Assembly: GCA_050290185.1 (NCBI GenBank)
Contig: JBNKHE010000011.1
Coordinates: forward strand, 1 to 64,000
Reading direction: 5' to 3'
DNA from: Pontiella sp.
GTDB taxonomy: Bacteria; Verrucomicrobiota; Kiritimatiellia; Kiritimatiellales; Pontiellaceae
Length of the DNA: 64,000 bases
In this document: positions 1 through 12,060 of the stretch, piece by piece
Layout: the number at the start of each line of letters is the position of its first letter
Numbering within the stretch: the first letter of the stretch is position 1
Notes under the pieces: generated by a model
What the model saw: only the letters and a program-made list of their open reading frames with translations
What the model was told of the DNA's origin: nothing
The model's database searches: none
Made by a program: the position numbers and the translations under genes

Positions 1-2169
<2,169 letters not shown>

Positions 2170-2242
2170 AATCTTTTATATTAAGGTATACATGTCGTTG
2201 TTGTTGTTATTTCAATACTATGCAGTTGTGATTTTTTGATTT

Positions 2243-2357
2243 TCCGGTTGCTATAGCGGGAAGGAAACACCTGTTCCCATTCCGAACACAGAAGTGAAGG
2301 GTCCCAGCGGCAATGGTACTGAGGGGTAGACCTCGGGAGAGTAGCACGCAGCCGGTT
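2243..2357 (+). rRNA. rrf: 5S rRNA
   Basis: CACCTGTTCCCATTCCGAACACAGAAGTGAAG...GGGAGAGTAGCACGCAGCCGG, with terminal helix CCGGTTG/CAGCCGG. Lies ~70 nt after the 23S. Confidence 0.98.
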
Positions 2358-2367
2358 TTATCTTTTC

Positions 2368-2400
2368 AACCTCGGTTCTTCGGAACCGAGGTTTTTTTTT
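2368..2400 (+). terminator. rRNA operon intrinsic terminator
   Basis: AACCTCGGTTC-TTCG-GAACCGAGGTT perfect stem with UUCG loop, followed by a T-run. Confidence 0.93.
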
Positions 2401-2558
2401 ATCCCGACATCCTCGCCGGCGCCAGTTCCTGAATGCGGTGGATAGGCATCGAATGTTCTTTCGAGTTATGCATTTTCCCTTACGCTGTTTTTTTCGTATA
2501 TTTATGGCGGTTTCACCGGGCATTTTACGTTCAGTTTAAAGAAGGGACGTATGTTCGT

Positions 2559-3323
2559 ATGATAAAAAAACTGCTTATATTGCTGACGGTTTCCTCCATG
2601 GTTTACATGGCTACGGCGGAATTTCGCACCTGGACCGACCAGAACGGGAACCAGATTGAAGCCGAATTTGTTGGATCCTCCGGCAAAAGCATTGTGCTTA
2701 AGAAGGTAGACGGCACGCAGTTCAGTATCGATCCCATGAAGCTTTCCGATGAAGATAAGGAATATCTGAAGGGAAAGGTTCCGGACGATTTGATTGATGA
2801 ATCGAAGAGTGCACTGGACCGGCCCAATCCGTTGCGGATCGAGGTCAAACTATCGAAAAAGACCGATACGCTGAAAAATGAGGACATGAGGAATCGGGAC
2901 ATCACCCTGGTTGCCAAGATACGTAAAAGATCACTGGAGCCCTACACCCGTAAATTGACGGCTGAAATGTTTCTCGTTGGGATCCACAAGGAAGATGGAT
3001 ATCTGGTTATGCTGGATAGGAAGAAAATTGAGTTTGATCTAGCTGATTCCGACGATGCTACGCTGGAAGGAAAAACGGCACATATACGCTGGTTACAAAA
3101 CTCGAAAGCCGGCATCGAATACGAAGGAAACGTGGTCGTGATACGCGATGACGAGGGTAATATTCTCGATGTATCCGGCAGCAACAGGACCTTCGAGAGA
3201 TCGTATGAGCAATTATCGAAATTTAATCGGGATGAGGTATTTACCGAAAAAACATACATCAAGAAGGGCACACGGGCGTCATTGAATATAGACACTCGCC
3301 AAAAGAAGAACCTGTATCTATAG
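2559..3323 (+). CDS. Secreted protein with N-terminal SHD1-like domain
   Basis: Signal peptide MIKKLLILLTVSSMVYMATA, then RTWTDQNGNQIEAEF...LSDEDKEYL (SHD1 pattern). Start moved to ATG 2559. Confidence 0.8.
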   Translation: MIKKLLILLTVSSMVYMATAEFRTWTDQNGNQIEAEFVGSSGKSIVLKKVDGTQFSIDPMKLSDEDKEYLKGKVPDDLIDESKSALDRPNPLRIEVKLSKKTDTLKNEDMRNRDITLVAKIRKRSLEPYTRKLTAEMFLVGIHKEDGYLVMLDRKKIEFDLADSDDATLEGKTAHIRWLQNSKAGIEYEGNVVVIRDDEGNILDVSGSNRTFERSYEQLSKFNRDEVFTEKTYIKKGTRASLNIDTRQKKNLYL

Positions 3324-3453
3324 ATGTGTTCAGGTTGTAAACATACTCCGGCAGTTGATCACCTGCTGTAAAAAAACGCCCCCAATTGGAATAAGGTAGT
3401 TTAGTTGAGTGTGGATGTCCGGTTCCAGAGGAGCACCATAGGTAGTTAGTAAC

Positions 3454-4047
3454 ATGAAACTTGTCATCGCCACCCGCAACGCCCACAAGCTCGAAGAGAT
3501 TCACGCCATCTTCGATTTCAAGAATCTGGAAGTGCTCTCCGCCTTTGACTTTCCGGATGTGCCAGATGTTATAGAAGACGGCGAAACCCTTGACGCCAAT
3601 GCCAAAAAGAAGGCCGTCGAAATCGCTAGAGCCACCGGTTGCTGGGCGATGGCCGATGATTCCGGTCTGGAAGTCGAGGCACTCAATGGGGCTCCCGGCG
3701 TCTATTCCGCCCGTTATGCCGGCGAACACTGCTCCTATGCCGACAACAATACCAAACTGCTGAAGGAATTAGCCGGAAATCAAAACCGTTCCTCCCGTTT
3801 TCGCACCGTGATCGCCTTGTCCGACCCCGGCGGAAGCGTGCAGACCGTGGCCGGAGAATGTCCCGGCGTGATCATCGAAGAGCTGCGCGGCGCCAACGGA
3901 TTCGGCTACGATCCGCTCTTTGTTCCCGATGGCTACTCCGAAACCTTTGCCGAGCTTTCCTCCGAAGTGAAGAACCGCATATCCCACCGCGCAAATGCGT
4001 TGCGGAAGGCGTACGACGCGTGGGCCGAAATGCTTCAAGGCGTGTAG
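3454..4047 (+). CDS. rdgB: Non-canonical purine NTP pyrophosphatase (HAM1/RdgB)
   Basis: ATRNAHKLEE, ADDSGLEV, GAPGVYSARY, GFGYDP, SHR motifs. Confidence 0.96.
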   Translation: MKLVIATRNAHKLEEIHAIFDFKNLEVLSAFDFPDVPDVIEDGETLDANAKKKAVEIARATGCWAMADDSGLEVEALNGAPGVYSARYAGEHCSYADNNTKLLKELAGNQNRSSRFRTVIALSDPGGSVQTVAGECPGVIIEELRGANGFGYDPLFVPDGYSETFAELSSEVKNRISHRANALRKAYDAWAEMLQGV

Positions 4048-4146
4048 GTTCTCGTTTAAGTGGGTTGTTTTAGCGCTTTTCTGCGCATTCTTCGGTTTTA
4101 AAACCAGAGGCACCTGTCTATAGTCGCGCTTCGCTTTTATTTTTAG

Positions 4147-5530
<1,384 letters not shown>

Positions 5531-5539
5531 GGTATCATG

Positions 5540-5564
5540 GGCGGCCAATTGGTCGCCTTTTTTT
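5540..5564 (+). terminator. Intrinsic terminator after purB
   Basis: GGCGGCC-AATT-GGTCGCC-TTTTTTT. Confidence 0.85.
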
Positions 5565-5627
5565 GTGTTCAGCGAAATGGCGAATCCGGTAGTTCATAGA
5601 TAAAGAAGGGAATACAGGTTTAAGCTG

Positions 5628-6569
5628 ATGAATCGAATCGACCGTCTTACTGCAATGATCCTGATGTTGCAAAGCCACCGCGTAGTGACTGCGGACCGGA
5701 TTGCTACCCATTTTGAGATCAGTGTGCGCACGGTCTACCGCGACATTGCCGCGCTGGGCGAGGCCGGCGTGCCGATTATGGCCGAAGCCGGCGTGGGCTA
5801 TAGCCTGATGCGGGGCTACCACATGCCACCGGTCATGTTTACGGAAGCGGAAACGGCCGCGCTTTTCATGAGCGGGGAACTCGCGAAAAAATTTGGCGAC
5901 GAGTCGCTGAAAAAAGGGCTGGATGGCGCCTTGCTCAAGGTGCGGGCCGTGCTTCCGGAAGGACAAAAAAGCTATCTGAACCGGTTGGGAAGAAGCGTGG
6001 AGGTCTGGAACCGGCCGACCGGGCTGCACGAAGAAAAGTCGCTCATCCCCATCCAGGATGCCGTGGTTCGGAAGCGTTGCGTAGCGCTCCGGTATAATGC
6101 CGCTGGGCGGGGCGAAATTACGGAGCGAGTCGTCGACCCGCTGGGGCTGGCTTTCTATGGGCGGCAATGGCACCTGATTGCCTGGTGCCGGCTACGGGAT
6201 TCGGTTCGGGATTTCCGGTTGGATCGAATCCGGTCGTGGCAGGTGCTGGACGAGACCTTTTCCGGGCACGGGGATTTTTCTCTCGCCGCCTATTTTGCAG
6301 AGCGTGAGGACGAGCTTCCTCTCATTCCCGTGCAGGTCGAGTGTGAACGTTGGGTTGCGGAGCACATGCTGCAGGAAATCCCGTGCCGGGTGGAGTCGAA
6401 GCAGGAACTGCCGGATGGCCGTTTTTTGGTCGAAGCGCAGGCCTGCTCACTCGAGTGGTTGGCATGCTGGTTGGTCGGCATGGCAAATGCCGCCGTGGCG
6501 CGCAGTCCGGATGAACTCCGCACCCTGGTGCTCGAAAAGGCCCGGGAAATCGTCCAGTCCCACACCTAG
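5628..6569 (+). CDS. YafY-family wHTH-WYL-WCX transcriptional regulator
   Basis: MNRIDRL...FEISVRTVYRDIAAL (HTH_11) and ERVVDPLGL...WHLIAWCRLRDSVRDFRLDRI (WYL). Confidence 0.95.
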   Translation: MNRIDRLTAMILMLQSHRVVTADRIATHFEISVRTVYRDIAALGEAGVPIMAEAGVGYSLMRGYHMPPVMFTEAETAALFMSGELAKKFGDESLKKGLDGALLKVRAVLPEGQKSYLNRLGRSVEVWNRPTGLHEEKSLIPIQDAVVRKRCVALRYNAAGRGEITERVVDPLGLAFYGRQWHLIAWCRLRDSVRDFRLDRIRSWQVLDETFSGHGDFSLAAYFAEREDELPLIPVQVECERWVAEHMLQEIPCRVESKQELPDGRFLVEAQACSLEWLACWLVGMANAAVARSPDELRTLVLEKAREIVQSHT

Positions 6570-6589
6570 GGCAACTTCTTGAATCACTC

Positions 6590-6607
6590 CTGACATACGG
6601 TTGTCAG
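6590..6607. promoter_or_regulatory. Palindromic operator CTGACA-N6-TGTCAG, likely the WYL-regulator site
   Basis: Perfect inverted repeat between the WYL regulator and the VOC gene. Confidence 0.65.
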
Positions 6608-6682
6608 TCGCCTGTGCGATAACCCTTTCCGTCCGGCGGGGAAACCCGTCATTAATTGAAAAACCTAACAAAAGGACGTGTC

Positions 6683-7084
6683 ATGAGTGAAGAAAAGAAC
6701 GAGTGCGACAGCACACCGGGAATCCTCGGATGGAACGAACTGATCACCCCCAACAAGGCCGCCAGCATGGAATTCTACTCCAAGCTGTTCGGCTGGGAAG
6801 CCGAGCACATGGAGCTTTCGGCTGAGAGAAACTATACCCTGTTCAAGCTGGGCGAACGCCCGGTCGCCGGATGCTACGAGCCGGACGGGGAAGCTTCGGT
6901 GCCTCCGATGTGGATGAGCTATATCAACGTCGAAGACCTGGATGCTGCCGTCGAAAAAGCCAAGGCGCTTGGCGCAACCGTCTGCAAGGAACGGGTGGAT
7001 ATTCCGATGGGCAGCTTCGCCATCATTTCCGATCCGCAGGGCGCGGTCATTGCCTTCTGGCAGGGGGCCGGCGAGTGCAGTTAA
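6683..7084 (+). CDS. VOC/glyoxalase family protein
   Basis: WNELITPN...FYSKLFGW...WMSYINVEDLD...DPQGAVIAFWQ. AGGA RBS before ATG 6683. Confidence 0.93.
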   Translation: MSEEKNECDSTPGILGWNELITPNKAASMEFYSKLFGWEAEHMELSAERNYTLFKLGERPVAGCYEPDGEASVPPMWMSYINVEDLDAAVEKAKALGATVCKERVDIPMGSFAIISDPQGAVIAFWQGAGECS

Positions 7085-7103
7085 CCTCGTCTTCCAAACA
7101 TGC

Positions 7104-7130
7104 AAGGCGGCCGATCGGCCGCCTTTTTTT
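7104..7130 (+). terminator. Intrinsic terminator after the VOC gene
   Basis: AAGGCGGCC-GATC-GGCCGCCTT-TTTTT. Confidence 0.88.
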
Positions 7131-7343
7131 ATTTCAGCAACGAATGAACATTGAAAAACACCGAATAGAGAATATCTGGAAATCCGCATTTATCGGTGTT
7201 GATCTGTGGCGGGTTCCTGGCGCTGTAGCGTGAGGGCTGCAGAACCCCTTGCGATTGTCCTGTCTGTAACGGCGATGGAATGGTAAAGTCGTGGGATCGG
7301 GTAACCGCTCGGGAAACCTGCTCACCATTAATTGGAAAAACTT

Positions 7344-7502
7344 ATGCCAGCACCAAACAACTCGGGAAAAATAAATCTCCGTCAGATGTACGAGGTCGAA
7401 TACTGGACCAAGAAACTTGATCTCACGGTTGCCCAGTTAACGGACATCATAGAAAAGGTTGGAAACTCTGTGGATGCTGTCCGGTCACATGTGGGAAGAT
7501 AG
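7344..7502 (+). CDS. Small DUF3606-like protein (52 aa; absent from the ORF track)
   Basis: Hand translation MPAPNNSGKINLRQMYEVEYWTKKLDLTVAQLTDIIEKVGNSVDAVRSHVGR* fits the recalled DUF3606 pattern INL..YEV.YW.K...V..VGNS..AV. Start codon uncertain. Confidence 0.7.
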   Translation: MPAPNNSGKINLRQMYEVEYWTKKLDLTVAQLTDIIEKVGNSVDAVRSHVGR

Positions 7503-7777
7503 AAAAGCCCGCCCGCTCTTCGGTATAGCCCGGAACCGTTGATCAACCTGATCTCAGGGTGTGGGATGTGCTCGGAGCATAATTGAACCTGAACAACGTC
7601 CAATTTGGCGTGTAAAGCGCTGAAATGACGCAAAAAACCGCGTCCCGCAATCAGTCGGACTTTCTCAACAAACTTCGGCGGCCGTGGTGGATAAGCCTGC
7701 TTCCGGGATCGGTTCCGCGAAGAATCTTTCGGGTTCATCGGTGGAAACATGCGTCCCTTACAACCTGGACTTAACAC

Positions 7778-8002
7778 TTAAATCGCCAACTGCCTCGTAA
7801 TATCGCGCCCCTGACGCTGGCTTTCGATCCAGATCAGGTCGTCGGCGGAGGGAATTCTTCCATCGTAGGCGAGCTCGAATTCGGTAATGATTTGACGGAA
7901 GTCGGCGGCATAGAGGTCGATCAGATCGAGTATGTTACCCGTCATCCGGCAGAATGCCTCTGCCTGTGCCCGGTTTTCAGCCCGTGTGTTGATCGTTCTC
8001 AT
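7778..8002 (-). CDS. Small hypothetical protein, paralog A (74 aa)
   Basis: 45 of 61 aligned columns identical to 8258..8467. GAGGT RBS and its own sigma54-type promoter. Confidence 0.85.
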   Translation of the reverse strand: MRTINTRAENRAQAEAFCRMTGNILDLIDLYAADFRQIITEFELAYDGRIPSADDLIWIESQRQGRDITRQLAI

Positions 8003-8025
8003 AACGTTACCTCAACAGTTCTAGT

Positions 8026-8042
8026 AGCTTAAGCTGTGCCAA
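8026..8042 (-). promoter_or_regulatory. sigma54-type -24/-12 promoter of paralog A
   Basis: Minus strand TTGGCACAGCTTAAGCT (GG-N10-GC), ~25 nt upstream of the ATG. Confidence 0.7.
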
Positions 8043-8257
8043 TAGACCTGCCGTCAGGGTTTTTCGAGATCGGAGCTCCTCGAGCACCAGCGGTTGCAGA
8101 AGGTTCCTTGCTGTTCCATGGAAAATACGCGGAGAGCTCTTTTTTAAGAGGTAATGAAGCGGTTCCGATATGCCGTCCTTGAATAGGTCGTCCGCATGGG
8201 AACGCGATAAGCGGCAGTGCGCGGTTGTTCGAGCTATATCCGCTATTGGCTTTGGGC

Positions 8258-8467
8258 CTAATCCAACGTGATGTCCCGGCCGTTGCGCTGGCTCTCGATC
8301 CATATCAGGTCGTCGGCGGAGGGGACGCGGCCGTACTTGGCTTCAAATTCCGCGATGATATCGCGGAAATCGGCGGCATATTCCATGATCAGCTCCAGCT
8401 CGTTGCCGTGCAACCGGCTGAATGCTTCCGCCTGGATCTGGTTTTCTTCCTTCACATGTTTCTTCAT
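8258..8467 (-). CDS. Small hypothetical protein, paralog B (69 aa)
   Basis: MKKHVKEENQIQAEAF...YAADFR...PSADDLIWIESQRNGRDITLD; paralogous to 7778..8002. Confidence 0.85.
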   Translation of the reverse strand: MKKHVKEENQIQAEAFSRLHGNELELIMEYAADFRDIIAEFEAKYGRVPSADDLIWIESQRNGRDITLD

Positions 8468-8491
8468 AGGGGAACCTGTATCCATACAAGT

Positions 8492-8507
8492 AGCTTAACT
8501 TGTGCCA
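8492..8507 (-). promoter_or_regulatory. sigma54-type -24/-12 promoter of paralog B
   Basis: Minus strand TGGCACAAGTTAAGCT (GG-N10-GC), nearly identical to the paralog A promoter. Confidence 0.7.
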
Positions 8508-8731
8508 TAATCCGGCGGCACCATCAATTCTTCTGGTCGACGGAATAAGAGGCTCTGGGTTCCCGGCCTGCCGCGCCGCAATCGCATGAACATGGCGGGG
8601 AAGGGCTAAACCTTCCGGATCCTCGGCAGGCGCGTCCTTGACCTTGCGGTTCATATCACATAAGGGTGAAGTAGAGCAGGCGACAAAACCGCAGTGCAAA
8701 TTTCAACAGATTTCAATTTTACGAGGTGGCA

Positions 8732-10684
8732 ATGGCAACGCATGACTGGCAAATCGAAGCAGCAAAAAATGCGTTGGAGCGGCTTCTCCCGCGCGTGGAA
8801 CAGGATTATGCCAGCGAGCTGACCTCCGTGCCGGAAGAGTGGGAAGGCTTCAAGGAACGCCTGGGACGCGAGTGGAGGCGGTTGTTCAGTGATCTGTATG
8901 AACTCTATGGCTGGCAATACGATTTTTTCCTCACGCTGGAGCTGGTACTGGACATGCTGGTTCAGCATTGGCTGAGTCGGCCGGAAGGCTTGCGCGCGCT
9001 GGATGCCCAGCGTATTGCCGACCCGCACTGGTATACCTCGGAGAAGATCGTGGGCATCGTGCTCTACGTGGATCTGTTCAGTAACAATCTGGCGGGGTTG
9101 CGCGACAATATTTCCTATTTCGAAAAGCTGGGAATCACCTACCTGCACCTGATGCCGCTGTTCGCCGTGCCCCACGGTGAAAACGACGGGGGCTATGCGG
9201 TCAGCGATTACCGCTCCATCCATCCGGACATCGGCACCATGAACGAACTGGCCCAGTTGGCGGACGAGCTGCGCGAGCGCGGCATCAGCCTCGTGCTCGA
9301 TTTCGTGTTCAACCATACCTCGGACGATCACCGCTGGGCAAAACTGGCCCGGAATGGCGACCCCGTATACCGGGACTATTACCACACCTTCACGGACCGC
9401 GCCGAGGTGGACCGCTATCAGACGCACCTGCGCGATATTTTCCCCGAGGCCCGGAAGGGGAGCTTTATCTGGAACGACGAAATGCAATGCTGGGTCTGGA
9501 CGACCTTCAACAGCTACCAGTGGGATTTGAACTATAGCAATCCGGCCGTGCTGCGCGCCATGGCCGGGGAGATGCTCTTCCTCGCCAACCAGGGGGTCGA
9601 GGTGCTGCGGCTGGACGCCGTCGCCTTCATCTGGAAGCGGATGGGCACCGACTGCGAAAACCAGCCCGAGGCGCACACCATTATCCGGGCGTTCAACGCC
9701 ATGGCAAAAATATGCGCCCCGGCCATGGTGTTCAAGTCCGAGGCGATCGTCCACCCCGACGAAGTCATCCGCTACGTTGATCCGGACGAATGCCAGCTTT
9801 CCTACAACCCGCTGCTGATGGCCTTGCTCTGGGAGGCGCTCGCCACGCGCGAGGTCAAGCTGCTGGTCCATTCCATGAAGCACCGTACCCGCATCCATCC
9901 GGATTGCGCGTGGGTGAACTACCTGCGCTGCCACGACGATATCGGGTGGACCTTCGACGACGGGGATGCCCGGCAGCTGGGGATCGATCCCCAGGGGCAC
10001 CGCCATTTTCTGAACCGGTTCTATACCGGGCAGCATCCCGGATCCTTTGCGCGCGGCGTGCCCTTTCAGTACAACCCCGAAACCGGCGATCTCCGCGTAT
10101 CCGGTACGCTTTCTTCGCTGGCCGGCCTCGAAGAGGCGCTGGAAAAGGACGATCACGACCTGATCGATCTCGCGGTACGCCGCATCAACATGATGCGCAG
10201 CATCCAGGTAAGCATTGGCGGGATCCCGCTGCTCTATGCCGGCGACGAGCACGGGATGCTCAACGACTACACCTTCCTGCACGACCCAGCCAAGGTCAAC
10301 GACAGCCGCTGGGTGCACCGTTCCCGGAAAAAGTGGCATGCCCACGACGACCTGGGCGACACCAATACCCTCGAGTGGAAGTTCTTTACGGAAATGGCCA
10401 AGCTGTTCCGCCTGCGCAAGGAGACTCCGGCCTTCCGGAGTGGAGGGATGGAAGTGGTCGATTCCGGAAACCCGCACCTGTTCGCCTACACCCGGAGCAA
10501 CGGCGGGCAACGGTTGCTGGTCGTCAACAATTTTTCCGAATTCGAGCAGACCATGCCGGGCGACCGGTTGGCGGCCGCAGGGCTCACCGCCGACGCGCGT
10601 CGAATCTATTTCGACGAAACCCAGCCCGTCGGCGACGATCTGGTGCTGGAAGGTTACCGGTTCGCGTGGATCGAACTTTCCTAG
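8732..10684 (+). CDS. Amylosucrase/sucrose hydrolase-like GH13 enzyme
   Basis: YLHLMPLF, DGGYAVSDY, DFVFNHTS, QWDLNY, LRLDAVAFIWK, FKSEAIV, NYLRCHDDIGW, RVSGT. Confidence 0.92.
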   Translation: MATHDWQIEAAKNALERLLPRVEQDYASELTSVPEEWEGFKERLGREWRRLFSDLYELYGWQYDFFLTLELVLDMLVQHWLSRPEGLRALDAQRIADPHWYTSEKIVGIVLYVDLFSNNLAGLRDNISYFEKLGITYLHLMPLFAVPHGENDGGYAVSDYRSIHPDIGTMNELAQLADELRERGISLVLDFVFNHTSDDHRWAKLARNGDPVYRDYYHTFTDRAEVDRYQTHLRDIFPEARKGSFIWNDEMQCWVWTTFNSYQWDLNYSNPAVLRAMAGEMLFLANQGVEVLRLDAVAFIWKRMGTDCENQPEAHTIIRAFNAMAKICAPAMVFKSEAIVHPDEVIRYVDPDECQLSYNPLLMALLWEALATREVKLLVHSMKHRTRIHPDCAWVNYLRCHDDIGWTFDDGDARQLGIDPQGHRHFLNRFYTGQHPGSFARGVPFQYNPETGDLRVSGTLSSLAGLEEALEKDDHDLIDLAVRRINMMRSIQVSIGGIPLLYAGDEHGMLNDYTFLHDPAKVNDSRWVHRSRKKWHAHDDLGDTNTLEWKFFTEMAKLFRLRKETPAFRSGGMEVVDSGNPHLFAYTRSNGGQRLLVVNNFSEFEQTMPGDRLAAAGLTADARRIYFDETQPVGDDLVLEGYRFAWIELS

Positions 10685-10775
10685 CCTGAGCGGCCCCTCG
10701 GTGGCTGTCGACGGCGGCGGGATGCCATCCTGACGCCTTTTCCTCATGCTGCTCCGAAACCCGTCTATCAAATCA

Positions 10776-10792
10776 CTGGCATATAAAATGCT
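10776..10792 (+). promoter_or_regulatory. sigma54-type promoter
   Basis: CTGGCATATAAAATGCT (GG-N10-GC), ~40 nt before ATG 10831. Confidence 0.6.
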
Positions 10793-10830
10793 CTAGTATC
10801 CCTGTACGAAGAAGTGAACGAGTGAGAATC

Positions 10831-11235
10831 ATGGCGAAAGTATTTAAAAAATGTAGCTGCTGCGGAGATGAATGGCCCACCCTGAGCGACTTGATCAGGG
10901 ATGAGCAGGTGAAAATCATCGGCTATCAGGCGGCCTTCAGCGACAGCTATGAAGGACTGTTCTTTTTTTCGCACCAGACCGAGGACTGCGGAACTACGAT
11001 CGCCATCCCCGTCAGCTGCTTTGAAAAGCTCCACGATGGGCCTGAATATACGCAAACATTGGCCTGCACGGAACTGTGCAGCGGCTTATGCCAGTCGTTC
11101 TACGATTTTGGAACATGTCCACGGGAATGCGGAATGCGGTGGGCCCGCGACATCATCTCGGTGCTTGAAAACCGGGGCCCCGAAGAGGTACTGGCAAGAC
11201 TCGACGAGGTAAAACTGCACCAGCAGGTCGCCTAG
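10831..11235 (+). CDS. Cysteine-rich hypothetical protein (10 Cys)
   Basis: CSCC, HQTEDCGT, CTELCSGLC, CPREC. Fills the intergenic space and follows a promoter motif. Confidence 0.8.
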   Translation: MAKVFKKCSCCGDEWPTLSDLIRDEQVKIIGYQAAFSDSYEGLFFFSHQTEDCGTTIAIPVSCFEKLHDGPEYTQTLACTELCSGLCQSFYDFGTCPRECGMRWARDIISVLENRGPEEVLARLDEVKLHQQVA

Positions 11236-11271
11236 TGTACCTTGTATTCCGTGCAGATCAGAATAAGCTAA

Positions 11272-11361
<90 letters not shown>

Positions 11362-11365
11362 TGCC

Positions 11366-11923
11366 TCAATATTCATGATATTCGGCGTAGCCGTTGGCGA
11401 CGAGCTCGTCGTTGATGTTGACGTAGCCGTCGCCCTCCGGCAGCCAGATTTCAGCGAGGTAGCGCCCGTATTTTCCGCGCTGATCCTTGATCGTTTCGAT
11501 GATGATTTCCTTGCCGCCAATATACTCCCGCAATGCATCGCGCGAAGCGATGCCGAGGGCCCTGGTGTCGCCCGTAACTTCCGGCGCGTTAATGCGGGCG
11601 AGGCGGAGCTTTTCATCGCGGATCCAGATGCCCAGTCCCAGATCAATATCCACCCGGCAGGTATCGCCGTCATACACCGAGCGCACCTGCGCATTGTAGT
11701 GGTAGAGTTCGGCATCCTTCGAAATCAGGTTCAGCCGTTTGCCCATGGCATCCAGATAGTGCTGCAAGGTATCAATCCGGAAGTTGGTTCCGCCGTTCTC
11801 AAGGTCGCTCACCGTCGACTGAGCCAGGCCGGATTTCCCGCATATTTCGCTCTGACTGATGCCCGCCTTCCGCCGCTCAAATTTCAACAATGCGCCGATA
11901 TTTTGTCCATTTTCAGTGCTCAT
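11366..11923 (-). CDS. XRE-family HTH fused to a thermonuclease (SNase) domain
   Basis: N-term GALLKFERRKAGISQSEICGKSGLAQSTVSDLENG (HTH_3). C-term VYDGDT...LRLARINAPE...GKYGRYLAEIW...NDELVANGYA (SNase). AGGAG RBS; no signal peptide. Confidence 0.9.
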   Translation of the reverse strand: MSTENGQNIGALLKFERRKAGISQSEICGKSGLAQSTVSDLENGGTNFRIDTLQHYLDAMGKRLNLISKDAELYHYNAQVRSVYDGDTCRVDIDLGLGIWIRDEKLRLARINAPEVTGDTRALGIASRDALREYIGGKEIIIETIKDQRGKYGRYLAEIWLPEGDGYVNINDELVANGYAEYHEY

Positions 11924-11937
11924 AGCTCTCCTTGAAC

Positions 11938-12010
11938 ATAGCCGATAAGCTATAAAAAATACGCATTAACCCGCTTTATACGAGATAAATATAGTGAGTA
12001 AGCTATAAAA
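11938..12010. promoter_or_regulatory. Two operator-like palindromes upstream of the HTH-SNase gene
   Basis: ATAGC-CGATAA-GCTAT (11938-11953) and ATAGT-GAGTAA-GCTAT (11991-12006). Both contain the direct repeat TAAGCTATAAAA (11946, 11999). Confidence 0.7.
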
Positions 12011-12060
12011 GTAAACCTTCTTTCAATCCATTGTAAAAGGATGGGAGTGGCCCTTTTTTA

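Noticed and set aside
7382..8303. ORFs 7382..7777 (-) and 8007..8303 (-)
   Set aside because: No recognisable features. They overlap the DUF3606-like gene, a promoter motif or a paralog end.
8651..10771. Long antisense ORFs: this 706-aa one, and 26818..28284, 42286..44622, 60884..62131, 4225..5109
   Set aside because: They are shadow frames opposite well-supported GC-rich genes and have no motifs.
11375..11935. 186-aa plus-strand ORF mirroring the HTH-SNase gene
   Set aside because: Antisense shadow; the minus frame has the domains and the RBS.
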